Positions 23,315 to 35,658 of a DNA stretch of 64,000 bases are shown here, one piece after another. The first letter of the stretch is position 1; every line of letters begins with the position of its first letter. Position numbers and translations under genes: made by a program. The DNA comes from Prorocentrum cordatum (lineage: Eukaryota): contig CAUYUJ010000045.1 in assembly GCA_963575745.1 (NCBI GenBank), positions 1 through 64,000 on the forward strand, in the 5' to 3' direction. The notes under the pieces are model-generated. The model searched no databases and had not been told where the DNA came from. It saw nothing but the letters and a program-made list of their open reading frames with translations.

Positions 23315-23921
23315 CACATTGTCTCTGATTCAACGATCTCGTTTCGGAATGCGTCGAAGACAGTCACGCCCGGCCTTCTTCCTGAATACCATATGCGGGG
23401 TCACGTGCACGGCATTTCACAGAAGATCATGAGTGGATGCATGGCCCCTGGACTTCAGGAAGAGGCTAAGTGACTCACATGGGACGAGCATAAGTACTAC
23501 CAGAAAGGGATCCACACGCCGATGCGTTTCATCTTCTGGAACTTCAATGATATTGTTGATGGAACCGGCGAACTGAATGGAGTCGGCACAGGGGGAAAGC
23601 GGCAAGAAAATCCAACAATATCCGCTGGAAACCTCCGAATAATGGTAGAGGCGGCGGAGCGTCTGGTGGATGACGCGATCACCCGCGGAAAGGACGGAGC
23701 GATAGCGATCGTGTACGTTGGTGGGGGCCACGCATGCTGGCGGTCGGATGGATCCGGCGTAAGCCAGATGTGGGATGATGTTGCCACTCTCGTCAGGGCT
23801 CGAATGAACCGTCGGATTGAAAGCTACAAAGCTATGGCGATTTTTCCGCGAATAATGATTATTGACGGTGTGGGCCTTCACCGCAAACTGCGGCACCCGT
23901 CATGGGGATTTCTACCACTTT
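23315..23921 (+). pseudogene. SGNH/GDSL hydrolase-like domain
   Basis: Four blocks in order: HIVSDS (GDS-like), MSG, FWNFND (GxND-like), GDFYHF (DxxH). One in-frame TGA at 23471 and one frameshift. Confidence 0.55.
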
Positions 23922-25327
23922 TGTTCCGACCGCAGTGACTACAAGGTGGATGAGAACGGACGAGCGGCGAATGTGAAGGCGGCCCAGTTATGCGCTGAGC
24001 ACATGTTTAAGGCAGCCAAACTCGCCGCATTGTTCTTCTGCCAACCCTCCGGCGGCCCAGCCGTTCAGTGGGATGGGAGAACAAAGGCGAAAAGAGCCGA
24101 TGGGTATAAATTGCAAGACGCTACCATTGATGAGCTAGTCATGTACTTGCAAGACTGGAGCCCCACTGAAGGCAATGTGCCCAAGTCCGTGCTCAATACT
24201 CGCCCGTTCGAAGTAGCCTTGAACCCCGTGGAGTTCCCAGCCGTCCAAGACGGGTCTGGGGGCGGGGCGATCCATTCTTATTATTCCGATGCATTCATTG
24301 AATTTTTGAAGCGAGGGAATGCATATACAGGCTTTTTCCCGAGGCAAGATGATCATTACTTCATGTCGCGAAGTCGGATCTTTAGTCCGGGAATGCCCCC
24401 AAGAGGGAAACGCCTTCGACTGTCAACTGAAGGAGTGCAAAATGATGAACACATGCGCACGGCAGTTGATGAGTTTAAAAAGGCAGCACCTGCTACGGCA
24501 CCGAGCGGCCAAGCTGCCTCGGGCGAAGTTACTGCGCCGAGCGGCCCAGCCGCCTCGGGAGACGTTGCTGCGCCGAGCAGCCCAGCCCCCTCGGGTTGCG
24601 TTGCTGCCACGCGGGCGGCCCAGCCACCCCGCGGACCCGTTCTGGCCCCTGCAAAGGGCGTGCAGGATGTTAAGACACCTGGCGAAGCCGCGGAGGAAGC
24701 TCTCCGCATCAAATGCCCTGTCGGTCAGGCAACCACGCTCAGCCAAAAGTATAAGTTGCCAAAGCGCTTGAGAGTAGGCGGCGATCCTGACCGCCCTCAA
24801 GATTGGGAACTAGATTGGCCTGTGCATCGGACATACCAGAAAATTATGAAGTTGCCCTACACAAAAGCGCGCCTGACAAGGATCTAGTCCTTCACGATTT
24901 CCTCCGACCATTCACTGTGGCGAGCGGTGAGCTCTACAGACGCATGATGCCTACGAACGATTACCCGGGGGAAGAAGGCCGCGTTGAACGAGTGGCGCAA
25001 GGGGATAACCTGGCCCGCAGCAAGCAAGTCAATCTGATTCAGAGACACGCTAATGGAGAGGCGTGGCTGGGCTTTCAGATGCTGCAGAGGTCCACGAAGA
25101 CCCCAGTTTTGGAACCTAGTCATGTGGTTCCAAATTGGGCACGTTTCTTTGTGATTAAAGCCGATCGATCGTGTGCGGACCCCAAGGCTACCGTTGCTGA
25201 TCGCCTGAATTGGGCGAAGTTGTCAACGAAGGCCCACAGGACGGGCATCGATCACTGCGTTCAGCTGACTTTGCCATTCTATGTAACGGACGAAAAGCCT
25301 GTGGAGGTCCAAGACCCATCCACAGGC

Positions 25328-25640
25328 TGGGCCAGACAGTCCCACGGTACGCCTGTGACCGCCCTCCATTCTATTTTTGGAGGGCCATCAGCTGCTTACA
25401 TCCAACCCCCAATACGGAGGGATTACCAAACAGAACAAGGTTGGTGTATATTCATTTCCATGCACCAACAGTCCTGCCACGCATGCGACATATTCTGTCG
25501 CAGAGGAAACCTTTGGAGTCGGCATCTGGGCAACTGCGGAGATCTTTTTCTTCTCAAAGCCCCCAATCATCATGGGAAAACCAGATCAGTGCGTTTGCGA
25601 ACCATCTGAGATGGTATTGTATGAGCTTCGCCTCTACCAT
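25328..25640 (+). pseudogene. ADP-ribosyltransferase (PARP/H-Y-type)-like domain
   Basis: SHGT (25340-25351)..LHSI, a frameshift, then GVYSF (25443)..HATY..DQCV..VLYELRL. Confidence 0.55.
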
Positions 25641-28078
25641 TGGACTCCTGCGGCACTTCATTTCGCGCCAGCTTATGCCTACTTGCAACATGTCGCCAGA
25701 CAGAATAATTGGCCTGTGGAGCAAGACTTCGGGGTCGAACGGCATCGCGACAAAGCAAGGGAGGCTGCCACGGACCAAGTCCAGGAGGCACAGAGACAGT
25801 GGGTCCCAGATTTGGCACCCATTGATTGGCAGAAGGATCGAAGCCCTTATTTTGAGAACAACAGTAACTTCGACGATATTTGGCCATGGTTCCAGAAGAA
25901 AGGAGTCAGGCCCACAAAGATCCACCCGTTGCACAAAGACGAGGCTTCGGATGTATCGAAGGCGCTCGCCCAGGCTAACAAGGACAGAGACGAGGAGGCC
26001 AAAGCCAAGTCGTCGACGAGTGCACAGCAGCAGGCGCCGGCGGCAAAGCCGTCCGGCGCATCCTTTTCGCTTGGTACAGAGGACTTCCCACCTTTGGGAC
26101 AGCCTGCGGTGCGCGCTGGGAGAGCGCCCAAGTCTCCGCTCGGCAAAGCCGTGGCGGAGGCGTGGCCCCCACTTCCCAAAGTTGATGCACTTGCGAAAAC
26201 GCTTATGCCTCCACCCCCTCTGAGGGAGGGGCCATCACCAGTTGGATCAGCAAGCGAGGTGCCTAAGAAACCTCCGCCGCCCAATGCGATGGCGCCGCCG
26301 CCTGCTGCGAAGCCGAACGTCGCGCCGAGGAAGGACTCACCTTCACTAGAGAAGACGGACGCTGCGCCGAAGAAGCCTCCGCCCCCACCTCATTCGAGTC
26401 CAGAGGCACGTGCGCCGAAGCCCCCGCCAGCTAAAGTGGCGCGCCTCGGTACTGGAGCTGACGATCTTCCTGCATTCAAAGTTGCACAGCCACCGGCCAA
26501 GCCGGGGGTCTCGGGGACAGCGGAAGGCCCGCCCAAGCCTTGGGCACCGAGCCTTCGCGATCCCGACCCTATTGTCAGGCTCGACAGGTGGAATTTTGAT
26601 CGTTCGTCGCAAGCTGACCAAAATCTTCAGAAAGCTGGGGCCACGCCCAAGGCGGCGCCTCAGTGGTGCCGAGATCCGGGATCTTCCCAGCCTGCCCAGG
26701 GCAGTGCTGGGATGGACCAGACTGCAAAGGCGGAGAGCTCTGCCGCAAAGGCAGCGGCAGTTGAGACAGAAGTCAGAACTGCCGAGGATGTGAGCTCTGA
26801 TCGCCACGGAGGCAGTGAGAGGCCAGAGTTTCCTGCGGAATCTATTCCGAAGCAGACGGATGGAGATTCCTCGTCAGAGGAGTCACCTCAGCCGCGGGGG
26901 GCCGACGCTGCAACCGTCATTCTCAGATCTCTCCGAGAAATCTCCAAGACGCACTTCACGGGCAGGCAAGCACGTGGAGCACTGAGGAAAGAGAATGATT
27001 TCTTTTACCAGTGGTGTCGTACTGTTGCTGACCGGCCGCAAGAGGCCGAATATCCCGATGATTTGTTGGACATTGAAGAGTTTGTTGGCACAGCAGAGAG
27101 GATCTACGAGAAGGCTAAGATAAAGGGGGAAACATGAGCCGGGAAAATATTCGGAACCATGGAAGAAGTTCGCAAACGTCGTTGTTGAACACATCCGTCT
27201 GGTCGCGCCAGATATTGTTCCTACTCCAGTGATCGCCGCCAAGAGCAACAAACGTTCAAAGCCTCTCGCTGAGGGCGGATCTTTTGCGAGTGGAAGCAAA
27301 CTTCCTCCCCCCCCTGCTCCTCCGCCCGGCCCGGCCGCGACGGCGAGCTTACCTGCGCCCCCGCCTGGCCCGGCCAGAGCGGAGGCCGAACAGGCGAAGG
27401 GAGACAATGATGGTAGACTCGGGCGCTGATGCTGGATCACGCGCTGCGCCTCCAGAGGTTGCCGCGTCTTCCCCTGCCAAGCCACGTTCTACCGACGAGG
27501 AGGATGCGCCCGTTGCAAAGGCGCCGCCGCCAGTTGCCGCTCCAAGTGGACATCGCGCAGCGGAGCCTCCCTCCGTGGATCGAACCCCGGGTGTCCAAGA
27601 CACTCCGGGGTCCCTTGAGGCCAGTCCAGATCTTACCCAAATCAGTGGCTTCCCGTATGAATCGGGCCCTGAGCTCATTCCCATCGAGGAAGAGCATTAC
27701 CGATCTGGCCCAGCCTCTGCCAACTTCTGCAGAGAGCGGTTGCCACCTGCCCCTGACAAGCGGCAGCGTCAGCCCACGGACGATCCGCCCCAAGAGGACG
27801 ATCAGGAGATTAATGTCGGGCACGCTGACCACTTTAGGGGCAGAGAGCTGTATATTTCGCCGGACGAACGCATTCGAGTTATTCAGCGCGCGCCCCCTGA
27901 TCTAAGGCAGAGGGCGCGAGAGGCCCACATGATTGGTCCTGTCCCCCCGCGGGGAGAGGCCATTCGCAATCAGTCGAATAGTGCGCTCAGATGCATAGCA
28001 GAATTCGTTCAAGATCCCATACTTGTATTATTGAGCGAACTTCCCATAGACGAGGGCACCTTCGATTTGGCGCGATAA
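25641..28078 (+). pseudogene. Long Pro/Ala/Lys-rich low-complexity cargo ORFs
   Basis: ORFs 25377-27137, 27229-27429 and 27284-28078 are all on the element's sense strand. Confidence 0.55.
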
Positions 28079-28270
28079 TTTCTCAGTGCTGAGTTTTACT
28101 CCGACGATATTCCCGACGGATTTGATCCCCAGTCTTTCAAGTTTTTGAAACCATTGGTTGTTGGGGTCGATGATAGCAATAATCCGGCTGCCCTAGGCAG
28201 TGCGGATTTTAGGAGACCCCAAAGTTACCGAGTAGACGAGTTTGCCCAGCGCGTCGGCGACTGCGCAACG

Positions 28271-29064
28271 CATCTCGCGAGGCATTGTTCTGATGACGCG
28301 AAGTCCCTCGGGGGGCTGGGTCTACTTTGGAGGCCTGGTTGAGAAGATGACCGCGGACGGATTTGAATATCAGACATATGCACCTGCTGCGCACGGCCTA
28401 GCCGCGTTGCAGCAGGGAGCTGTGGAGGTCTTCGGTGTGCTTCCTGACGACAGTGCCAGCATCAGTGAGACGTCCGTTTACATGATGTGGCGCAACTACA
28501 AAGCATGGCCCTCTCAAGAGGCGGAGCGGACTACCTCTCCCATTCCTGTTTTCTATCGAGCGTGCCGCATTCCAACATTCCACTTTTGTTGCTTCAATTG
28601 AGAGAATGCACGTGCCCTATGACCCTGGCCTAGCCAGGTGTCATGGGCCCCTTCTCCAAAACACTGATATGGAGACTCTGTTGGAATCCGCGGTCGGAAA
28701 AGTGCAGTTCCCGAAGAGAGTCTCGGGGCTTTGCTTCGAGGCGTACTACGAATTGCTGAGGCTTCTCCTGACCAAGACGGATCCAAGTATGCAAGGCCAA
28801 GATCATCTTCCTTCGTGGCTAAGCCAGCGGAGGTATGGCGACCCTGCTCCTGCGAGGAAGCACATGGCCATGGGTAATAGCCCACAGCCAGGAGAGCCAC
28901 CATCAATCGGAGCATGGCCCGCAGGGGACACAGTCCTTCTGTGGGACCAGCTGCCGACTCACAGAGAGTCCTGGCCATTAATTCTTGTTTTCGATGGCCG
29001 TGTGCTCACTCGTTTTTCGTACCGGATCTGCCAGGACGGGACTCTTGTGTCCCGTGAAGTGCCG
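28271..29064 (+). pseudogene. Tpt1/KptA (RNA 2'-phosphotransferase)-like domain, divergent
   Basis: HLARH, GGWVY, FYRA followed by a frameshifted HS (cf. IRAxQGHS), ARKH (cf. RxHIH), PLILVFDG..QDGTLVSREVP. The HGT position reads QNT. Confidence 0.4.
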
Positions 29065-31616
29065 AGGTTCATTGATATCGACAAAGCCGCCACCCTTGTC
29101 AAAGTCAGCGACTGGTATGATCACAAAGAAAAGAACATGTTTATGTCTAGGTCAATTGTCTTCAACCAAGAGTGGACGTCATACGAGGCAAATCTTGATA
29201 ACACCTCAATGCTCGTCTGGATTCATACTGACGAGACTTTGTCATTGATCCCAGATCATATACCTCCATTGCTTCCCGCGGCAGAAGCATTTGTTCAGTC
29301 TGTCCCCTGGGAGGACGATGGTCGGTTCCCTTGCGCTAACTTGCACTGGGTGCGAACTGACTTTGGTCATTGCCCCTCCTGCAACAATCCGATCAAGTAT
29401 AAATGCAAGGTTGCCCACGATTATTTGCTGCAGTCGTACCGACATAAGGTCATTCCAACTTCGCTTGAGAAAACATGCATGTTGTTGCATGTTATCGATC
29501 CCGATCAGCTCCCTTACGAGCGTGATCTTTACGTTGGAGCGCGAGTAAACAGACAACGGAGAGCTTCGGCAGATGTAATATACAACACCAGCAACAATCT
29601 GCAGCAGGAGCGCAAGTGGACAACAAATAATCAGTACAATCGCTTGGATGCTTCGGGTCACTCCTTTGGAAACAGCCGCGCGGGTATTGTTCCTGCCTGG
29701 ATTCCTGACCGCGCCGCGGCCCAGCCGCCGGCGCGTCACCGCCCTTTCTTTCAATACCTCGAGCCTGTGAAGAGGCGATTCATTAAGCGGCTCGCACACT
29801 TGGCTCAGAGAGAAGCGACTCCAGCCCCAACGATCGCAGAGTGCTGGCCCACTTTGGGCCACAGAAATTGACCAGTATGCGCGTTCCATGTATTGCCCTG
29901 CTCTGGATGCCTTTGACTGGCCAGAGGAACCTGACACACGCTTTGAACCAATCGAAGGTTGGTTCCAATGGGAGCGCAACGTGGCTAAGGCGAACATCTT
30001 CGTGCCAACGTTTCGGACATTGCGCAATGCAAAAGATGGAACAGCACCCTGGCTGCCCATTGACCAGGGCAACGCCATGGACGTCGCGGGGCCCAGCCTA
30101 CGTGGACGTCCACCGGTTGCTTGGGAAAATATTTTCGTGGCACGTCTTCGTCGTGCTTCCCAGTCCGTCAGTAGGCGTGACAGAATGTGTTCCGAACACC
30201 CTCTCGTTTCAGTGTGCGCGCATGCCAAACCTGCCGCCGGTCCAACCGTGACGGCAGGTCAGGAGAATTTACACATGACCCTTGATTTCACTGCAGTCTG
30301 CGGGTCCCAGACCGAGCAGATAATTGGCGGGAAAATCAATCTTGATCAGCCCAATGGGTACGTGCATTCCCATCGCGACGACAAATCGTTGAACGTCGCC
30401 GTGACCGAGGATGGAGCCAAAGAAGTGGCCGCTCAATATGTCATGGAGCACACCAGCTATCGCCCGGAGGCAAATGACCCTGAACTATTACGACTATCGG
30501 GTGAAGTAACGCACGAAGCCCCAGAACATGTGCGGAGCACCATTGATTGGAACTCGAAGGTCCCTGTTCCAGCGCTGGAGTTGGGCCTTCACATTATTCG
30601 TGTGATTGTGATTGTTCGCGAGATCATTAGTTGCTTCGTCGCAGAGGGACATTGCATTGCATACCTTGGGGCTCACTTTCTTGCCCAAGGCACCGGAGTA
30701 TATTACAATGATGACAAGCGTCGAAAGGATGCATGCGCCCTTGATTGCCGCATTCGTGTGGCGATTGAGACAGACGACCTCATTGAGGAATGGGCCCGTA
30801 ATTTGGGTAAACAGGCTCGTAGCGATATCCGCTGTCATGGCATGAAGTTACAAAAAGCTATTTATTGGCTATACCCACATGTGGAAGCCACTGGGCTTCA
30901 AGACAAAGATGAAGGCCACTTTCGCGGTGCCCGCGGCAAGTTTGGTATTATTGTTGCCACTGCCGCAAGGGACACTATTAGATTCGCCAGAAAGCGAGCG
31001 ACTACTATTCGTGAGAGAGGAGGCGCCGATGGGCCCCCCGACGGCCAAGCCGATGCGGAGGAGCCCGCCTTGGCGAAAGCGAGGCCCAGACCGCCGCCTC
31101 CTCCGCGCAGACCCGACGTCCAAGACGATCGGACTAACGATGAAGTCACGGAATATCCGTGCTCTGCTGGCGGTCAAACCGCTGCGGCAGGATATGAGTA
31201 TTCATGATATTCGTCTGACAGGGACACGCGGAATTGGTCGAGGCCTACGCGCGCGCGGCGGAGCCATGGATGTCGGGCGCGGTGCTGCTGGCTACGACCC
31301 CTCGAAGCACTGCCCGCGCTACGCCAATGATGCGCCGGATGGATACTGGGCTCACCGGGGCGTGATGTCCTGGATGGGCCCGAGGGGGGGCAAGTCTCGA
31401 GCGTGGCATGTTGCGTGCCTGAACGACTACAACTACTACTTTCCGAGGAAAGGAAAGGACTCCAAGAACAAGAACAAGCGCAACAGGCCAGCGCCTTACG
31501 CTGGCCGCGGCAAGGGATTCAGATCCCGCTCGCCCCATTGGGCCGCAGGTCAGACGGGGGGCTCGTCATCTTCACATCCGAGACCTCCGTCTCCGCCATC
31601 GCGGGGATATCTTTAG
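29065..31616 (+). pseudogene. Unknown cargo ORFs up to the 3' LTR (CxxC motif; basic C-terminus)
   Basis: ORFs 28606-29871, 29888-31207 and 30879-31616 on the sense strand, ending ~240 bp before the PPT. Confidence 0.55.
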
Positions 31617-31855
31617 CACGAGATCTGAGGGAAGGCCGAGCCCGCGCGACCAAGTCGCTGCGGGCCCAACCGATCGACAAAGTCGTACCGGCAGAGAGAA
31701 TGTATTCAACTATTGGTGGGAATCGTCGGGTTTCTTCGGCCCTCAGCTCCCTGGCAGCCACCGTCGAGCGGTAAAAGTTTTTGCGGTTCGCTCCGGTGGT
31801 TGTATATATGCACAGGCCAGGGAGCTGTGGCTGGATGGGCCCTGCGAAACCCACC

Positions 31856-31864
31856 GCGGGGGGA
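31856..31864 (+). promoter_or_regulatory. Polypurine tract (GCGGGGGGA)
   Basis: Directly abuts the 3' LTR and is absent before the 5' LTR. Confidence 0.75.
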
Positions 31865-32174
31865 GTAAATATGCTTCTCTCCGCCTCATCTTACATTTGC
31901 CTCTCTTGCTGCCTTCCTTGCCACGCCCTGTCACTGCGGCGTTGTGCCGCAGCTGTTTGTGCTTGCAGGGTAGAAAAGGAGCGCGCCTGCCTTCGGCCGC
32001 CGCGTGTCGTCGGTCGTCGGCCGGCCGGCCTCCTCCCTTCCCACTCCTGAGTACAATTGCTTAACGGTTACTTGTAGTTTCATCGATGTCTCATCCCGTA
32101 TCCTCCACTACTGAGCAGAGTCAGCACGAGACCTTAATTCCTTTGTCATCTTGCCCCGATTCTCAGAGGAAACT
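31864..32174 (+). repeat. 3' LTR (AGT...ACT termini)
   Basis: Direct repeat of 9354-9666. Confidence 0.92.
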
Positions 32175-32714
32175 GTGGTTTCTGTATCTGCGTATAGGTA
32201 GGAAGGTGACCAGCTCTGAGGTTGAAGCCGAGTGCGTCAGCATTTCCCCCTGGTCGTAAGCATTGGGTTCGGGCAGCGCTGATTGCGCCCGAGAGTGGCC
32301 TTCGAACAGCGTTCAGGCGGAGACGGTAGCTGTAGTTCTCTCGGGTCTATGTTCGTCCCCTGTTGCCTCCTTGGTCGTTCCCTGGTGCCTCCTTGTGCTG
32401 CAGACTCCACGGAGGCCTAGTCATGCCTAGGTAGTAAAGCCCCAGGCCTCATCCAATTTTGCCCAAGTTTGTCCCAGCGAGCCCGAGAACCCAGTACGGC
32501 CCAATATGCCCCTTGCGAGGCCCCACCCCCAGAGCGAACCAATCTGCCTTCGAGAGGCCCCGAAGACGGTCCAGGAGGCTTCCGATACAACCCAGGGGAC
32601 GGCCGAAACCCTGGCAGGACACGCTCCGCGAAGGTGCCTGTCCCGACCCGGCCTGGTTTATCTATCTCCTCGAGGTTGTCCGTTTCCTGCCTTCTGTGGC
32701 ACGTCGCCCGCCAG

Positions 32715-32798
32715 GTCTCCGGCGGGACGGCGCCCTTTTTCGGCCTGCGCCTGCGGAACCCGGAGGCGGGGCAGTCCGAGCACTACTACATCGGGAAG
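32715..32798 (+). CDS. Exon A of a host inositol polyphosphate kinase (IPK/IPMK)-like gene: VSGGTAPFFGLRLRNPEAGQSEHYYIGK
   Basis: CCAG|G acceptor and AAG|GA donor, 84 nt, phase 0. Joins in frame to exon B. Confidence 0.65.
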
Positions 32799-33181
32799 GA
32801 TTCCGCGCCCTCGGCCACATCCTTGCGTTCCCTTTCCCTCGGCCCCATCCGCGCCCGCGTCTCGTGCCTTTCATCCTTCCTCTCATCCTCCGCCCCCCCT
32901 CTCCCGCGTCCCGTCCCGCTGCTGCCTCGCTCCTCCTGCTTCGTCGTTGTCGTCATGGGTCATCCGAGCCCGGCTGAGCGACGTCGTCATGGTCGTCGCC
33001 GCCGCCGTCGTCGTCCTCGTCGTCGGGGGCTGGCATCGGCGTCACCCAAACATATTAATACGATGTGCGCGTCGCCCCCAGAAAAAGGGACGACGCGTAT
33101 CCCAATATGTGTTCGGTGGCGGGTGCTTTCTGGCCATGTCGCTCGGGAAGCGATGTAGTATACTTTGTTTGTGGGTACCAA

Positions 33182-33877
<696 letters not shown>

Positions 33878-35562
33878 TGTCCTTGTGTGCCCCATGGCAA
33901 GTCGGGGGGGGAGATCTGCTTTGTAATCCCTGTAATCCTGGGGGGGGTCTCCAAGGCTGGTCGTCTTCGTCCTCGAAGTTGCTGAGAGGTTTCGTCGGTT
34001 CGTGGAGGCCTTCTCGCCTCAGGGCGCGTTCCAGCAGTTGCGCCTCGCCGACGGCTTTCTGGGGCTGCCCTGATCGTCCCGAACGGCCGCGGGAGGCCCG
34101 AATTTCGGCCCGAAGTCCACGTGGATAGGGGCCCGAATTTTGAAAGCCGAAGCCGGGTGCAGCCGTGGGTGCGCGACGCCGGAGGAGGCCACAGCCGGCC
34201 ATTAGGGCAGGTCGAGGGCTGATCGGCGCCCCGTCGACGGGCAGGGATCGCACCACGAACACTTCATGGTCAGAATTGGCGGCGCGCCGAGAGGAGAAGT
34301 GAGATGGGGCAGGCCCTCTCAGAAGGCAGCGGGGCAGATGCCCCGCTGGTCAGAGGCCCCGCTAGTCTTCCGAGAGGCCCTCTGTGTGGTTTCGGAAAGG
34401 GCTTTCGTTAGGATGTGCAAAAATACAGGCACACACGCAAACGTAGATTTCCAGAAGGTAGTGGATGGGAAGGCGGGAATCCATAAAATGTTGGCCAGCG
34501 TGGACCCCAAACAGCAGGTTCTTTCAGCCTTTGTGGTGCACAAGCGTTCGCCACCAGTCGCTTCTGCAACGACGTGCTCTTCTCACACTCGTCCTGGCCC
34601 TTGTCCTTCTGCCAGAGGTTCGCCAGTTGGATCCAGCCACTCGAACATCGCCTCCACGTCAACCTCAACTCCTTTTCCGAGAAACCCGAACTCGATCTCC
34701 TCGACTTCAGTGCAAAGGGTAGGCAAGGTAATAGACTCCTCAGGGGGTCCCTCTCCCTCATCTCCTCCTTCCCAGTAGTCATCAGGAACCACCCGGCGTC
34801 CTGCGCCGCGACGTACGGGAAAGCTTACTCGCGCGAACAGCACTGGGCCTCAAATGTAAGAAAGGCCCCCGCCCGACGCCGTCCGTGTGGAGAATCCCAC
34901 AGGTGATTGCCAGGATTCGCAGGCGATGTGTCTATTCCAACCCCGACTTTTCGACGAGCTATTCGGACACACCCCCATCGAGGATGGACGCCCCCCTCGT
35001 GTATCCCAGGGTTGGGCCCAAAATTGTTCGTCCATTCGAGAGCCCCACGAAGCCTGGGATAGGGGTCGACCCATCCCCTGTAAAGGATACTCACCTGCCC
35101 GATGTAGAACCACCACCCGCCAAAGGTGTCCAGCAGGAAGCTCGGCACGAAAGCAGCTCGCCGCCGCAGCCGTGGTAGAGAGGATTAGCCCCTTGGGCCT
35201 TGGCCAGGAGAACGGGGGATGGAGCCCCTCGGGGTTCCAGGGCGCGCGCGCGAGGCTTTCACACTGAGTTCGCGCGTGCGTTTTTCAGTGGTGTGCGCAC
35301 TCTGTGGCGTCCTCCTCTCCTTCCGCTTCCCCCTCCTCCTCCTCCTCTTCCTCCTCCTCCTCCTCCTCCTCCTCCTCCTCCTCTCTTTTCTTTTCTCTCG
35401 CCCCCCCTCCCCCCCAAAAAGAAATCAAAAAACAACGGACCAGTTTGTTTGTTCTCTTTTTCCCAACCATCCTGTGGTGTTGGGTCCTCGTTTTGAAGAG
35501 ACGGTGCCCCGCGTTCTCCTTCCTTCCTTCCTTCCTTCCTCCCGCTGCCTCCTCCCCCCTCC

Positions 35563-35658
<96 letters not shown>
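35563..35658. repeat. (CAT)n microsatellite
   Basis: Perfect tract abutting the 90-bp satellite. Confidence 0.98.

Larger units (their letters stand above)
9354..32174 (+). mobile_element. Giant (~22.8 kb) Ty1/copia-superfamily LTR retrotransposon, degenerate, with ~12 kb of extra 3' coding cargo
   Basis: Direct terminal repeats at 9354-9666 and 31864-32174. PBS-like sequence after the 5' LTR and a purine tract before the 3' LTR. Internal order is gag, protease, integrase, RT, RNase H (copia order). Many frameshifts and stops. Confidence 0.93.

Noticed and set aside
19600..31616. env gene in the copia cargo
   Set aside because: No convincing signal peptide, transmembrane helix or furin/fusion motif was seen.
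9345..32185. Target-site duplication of the copia element
   Set aside because: No 4-6 bp match between the flanks at any plausible boundary.
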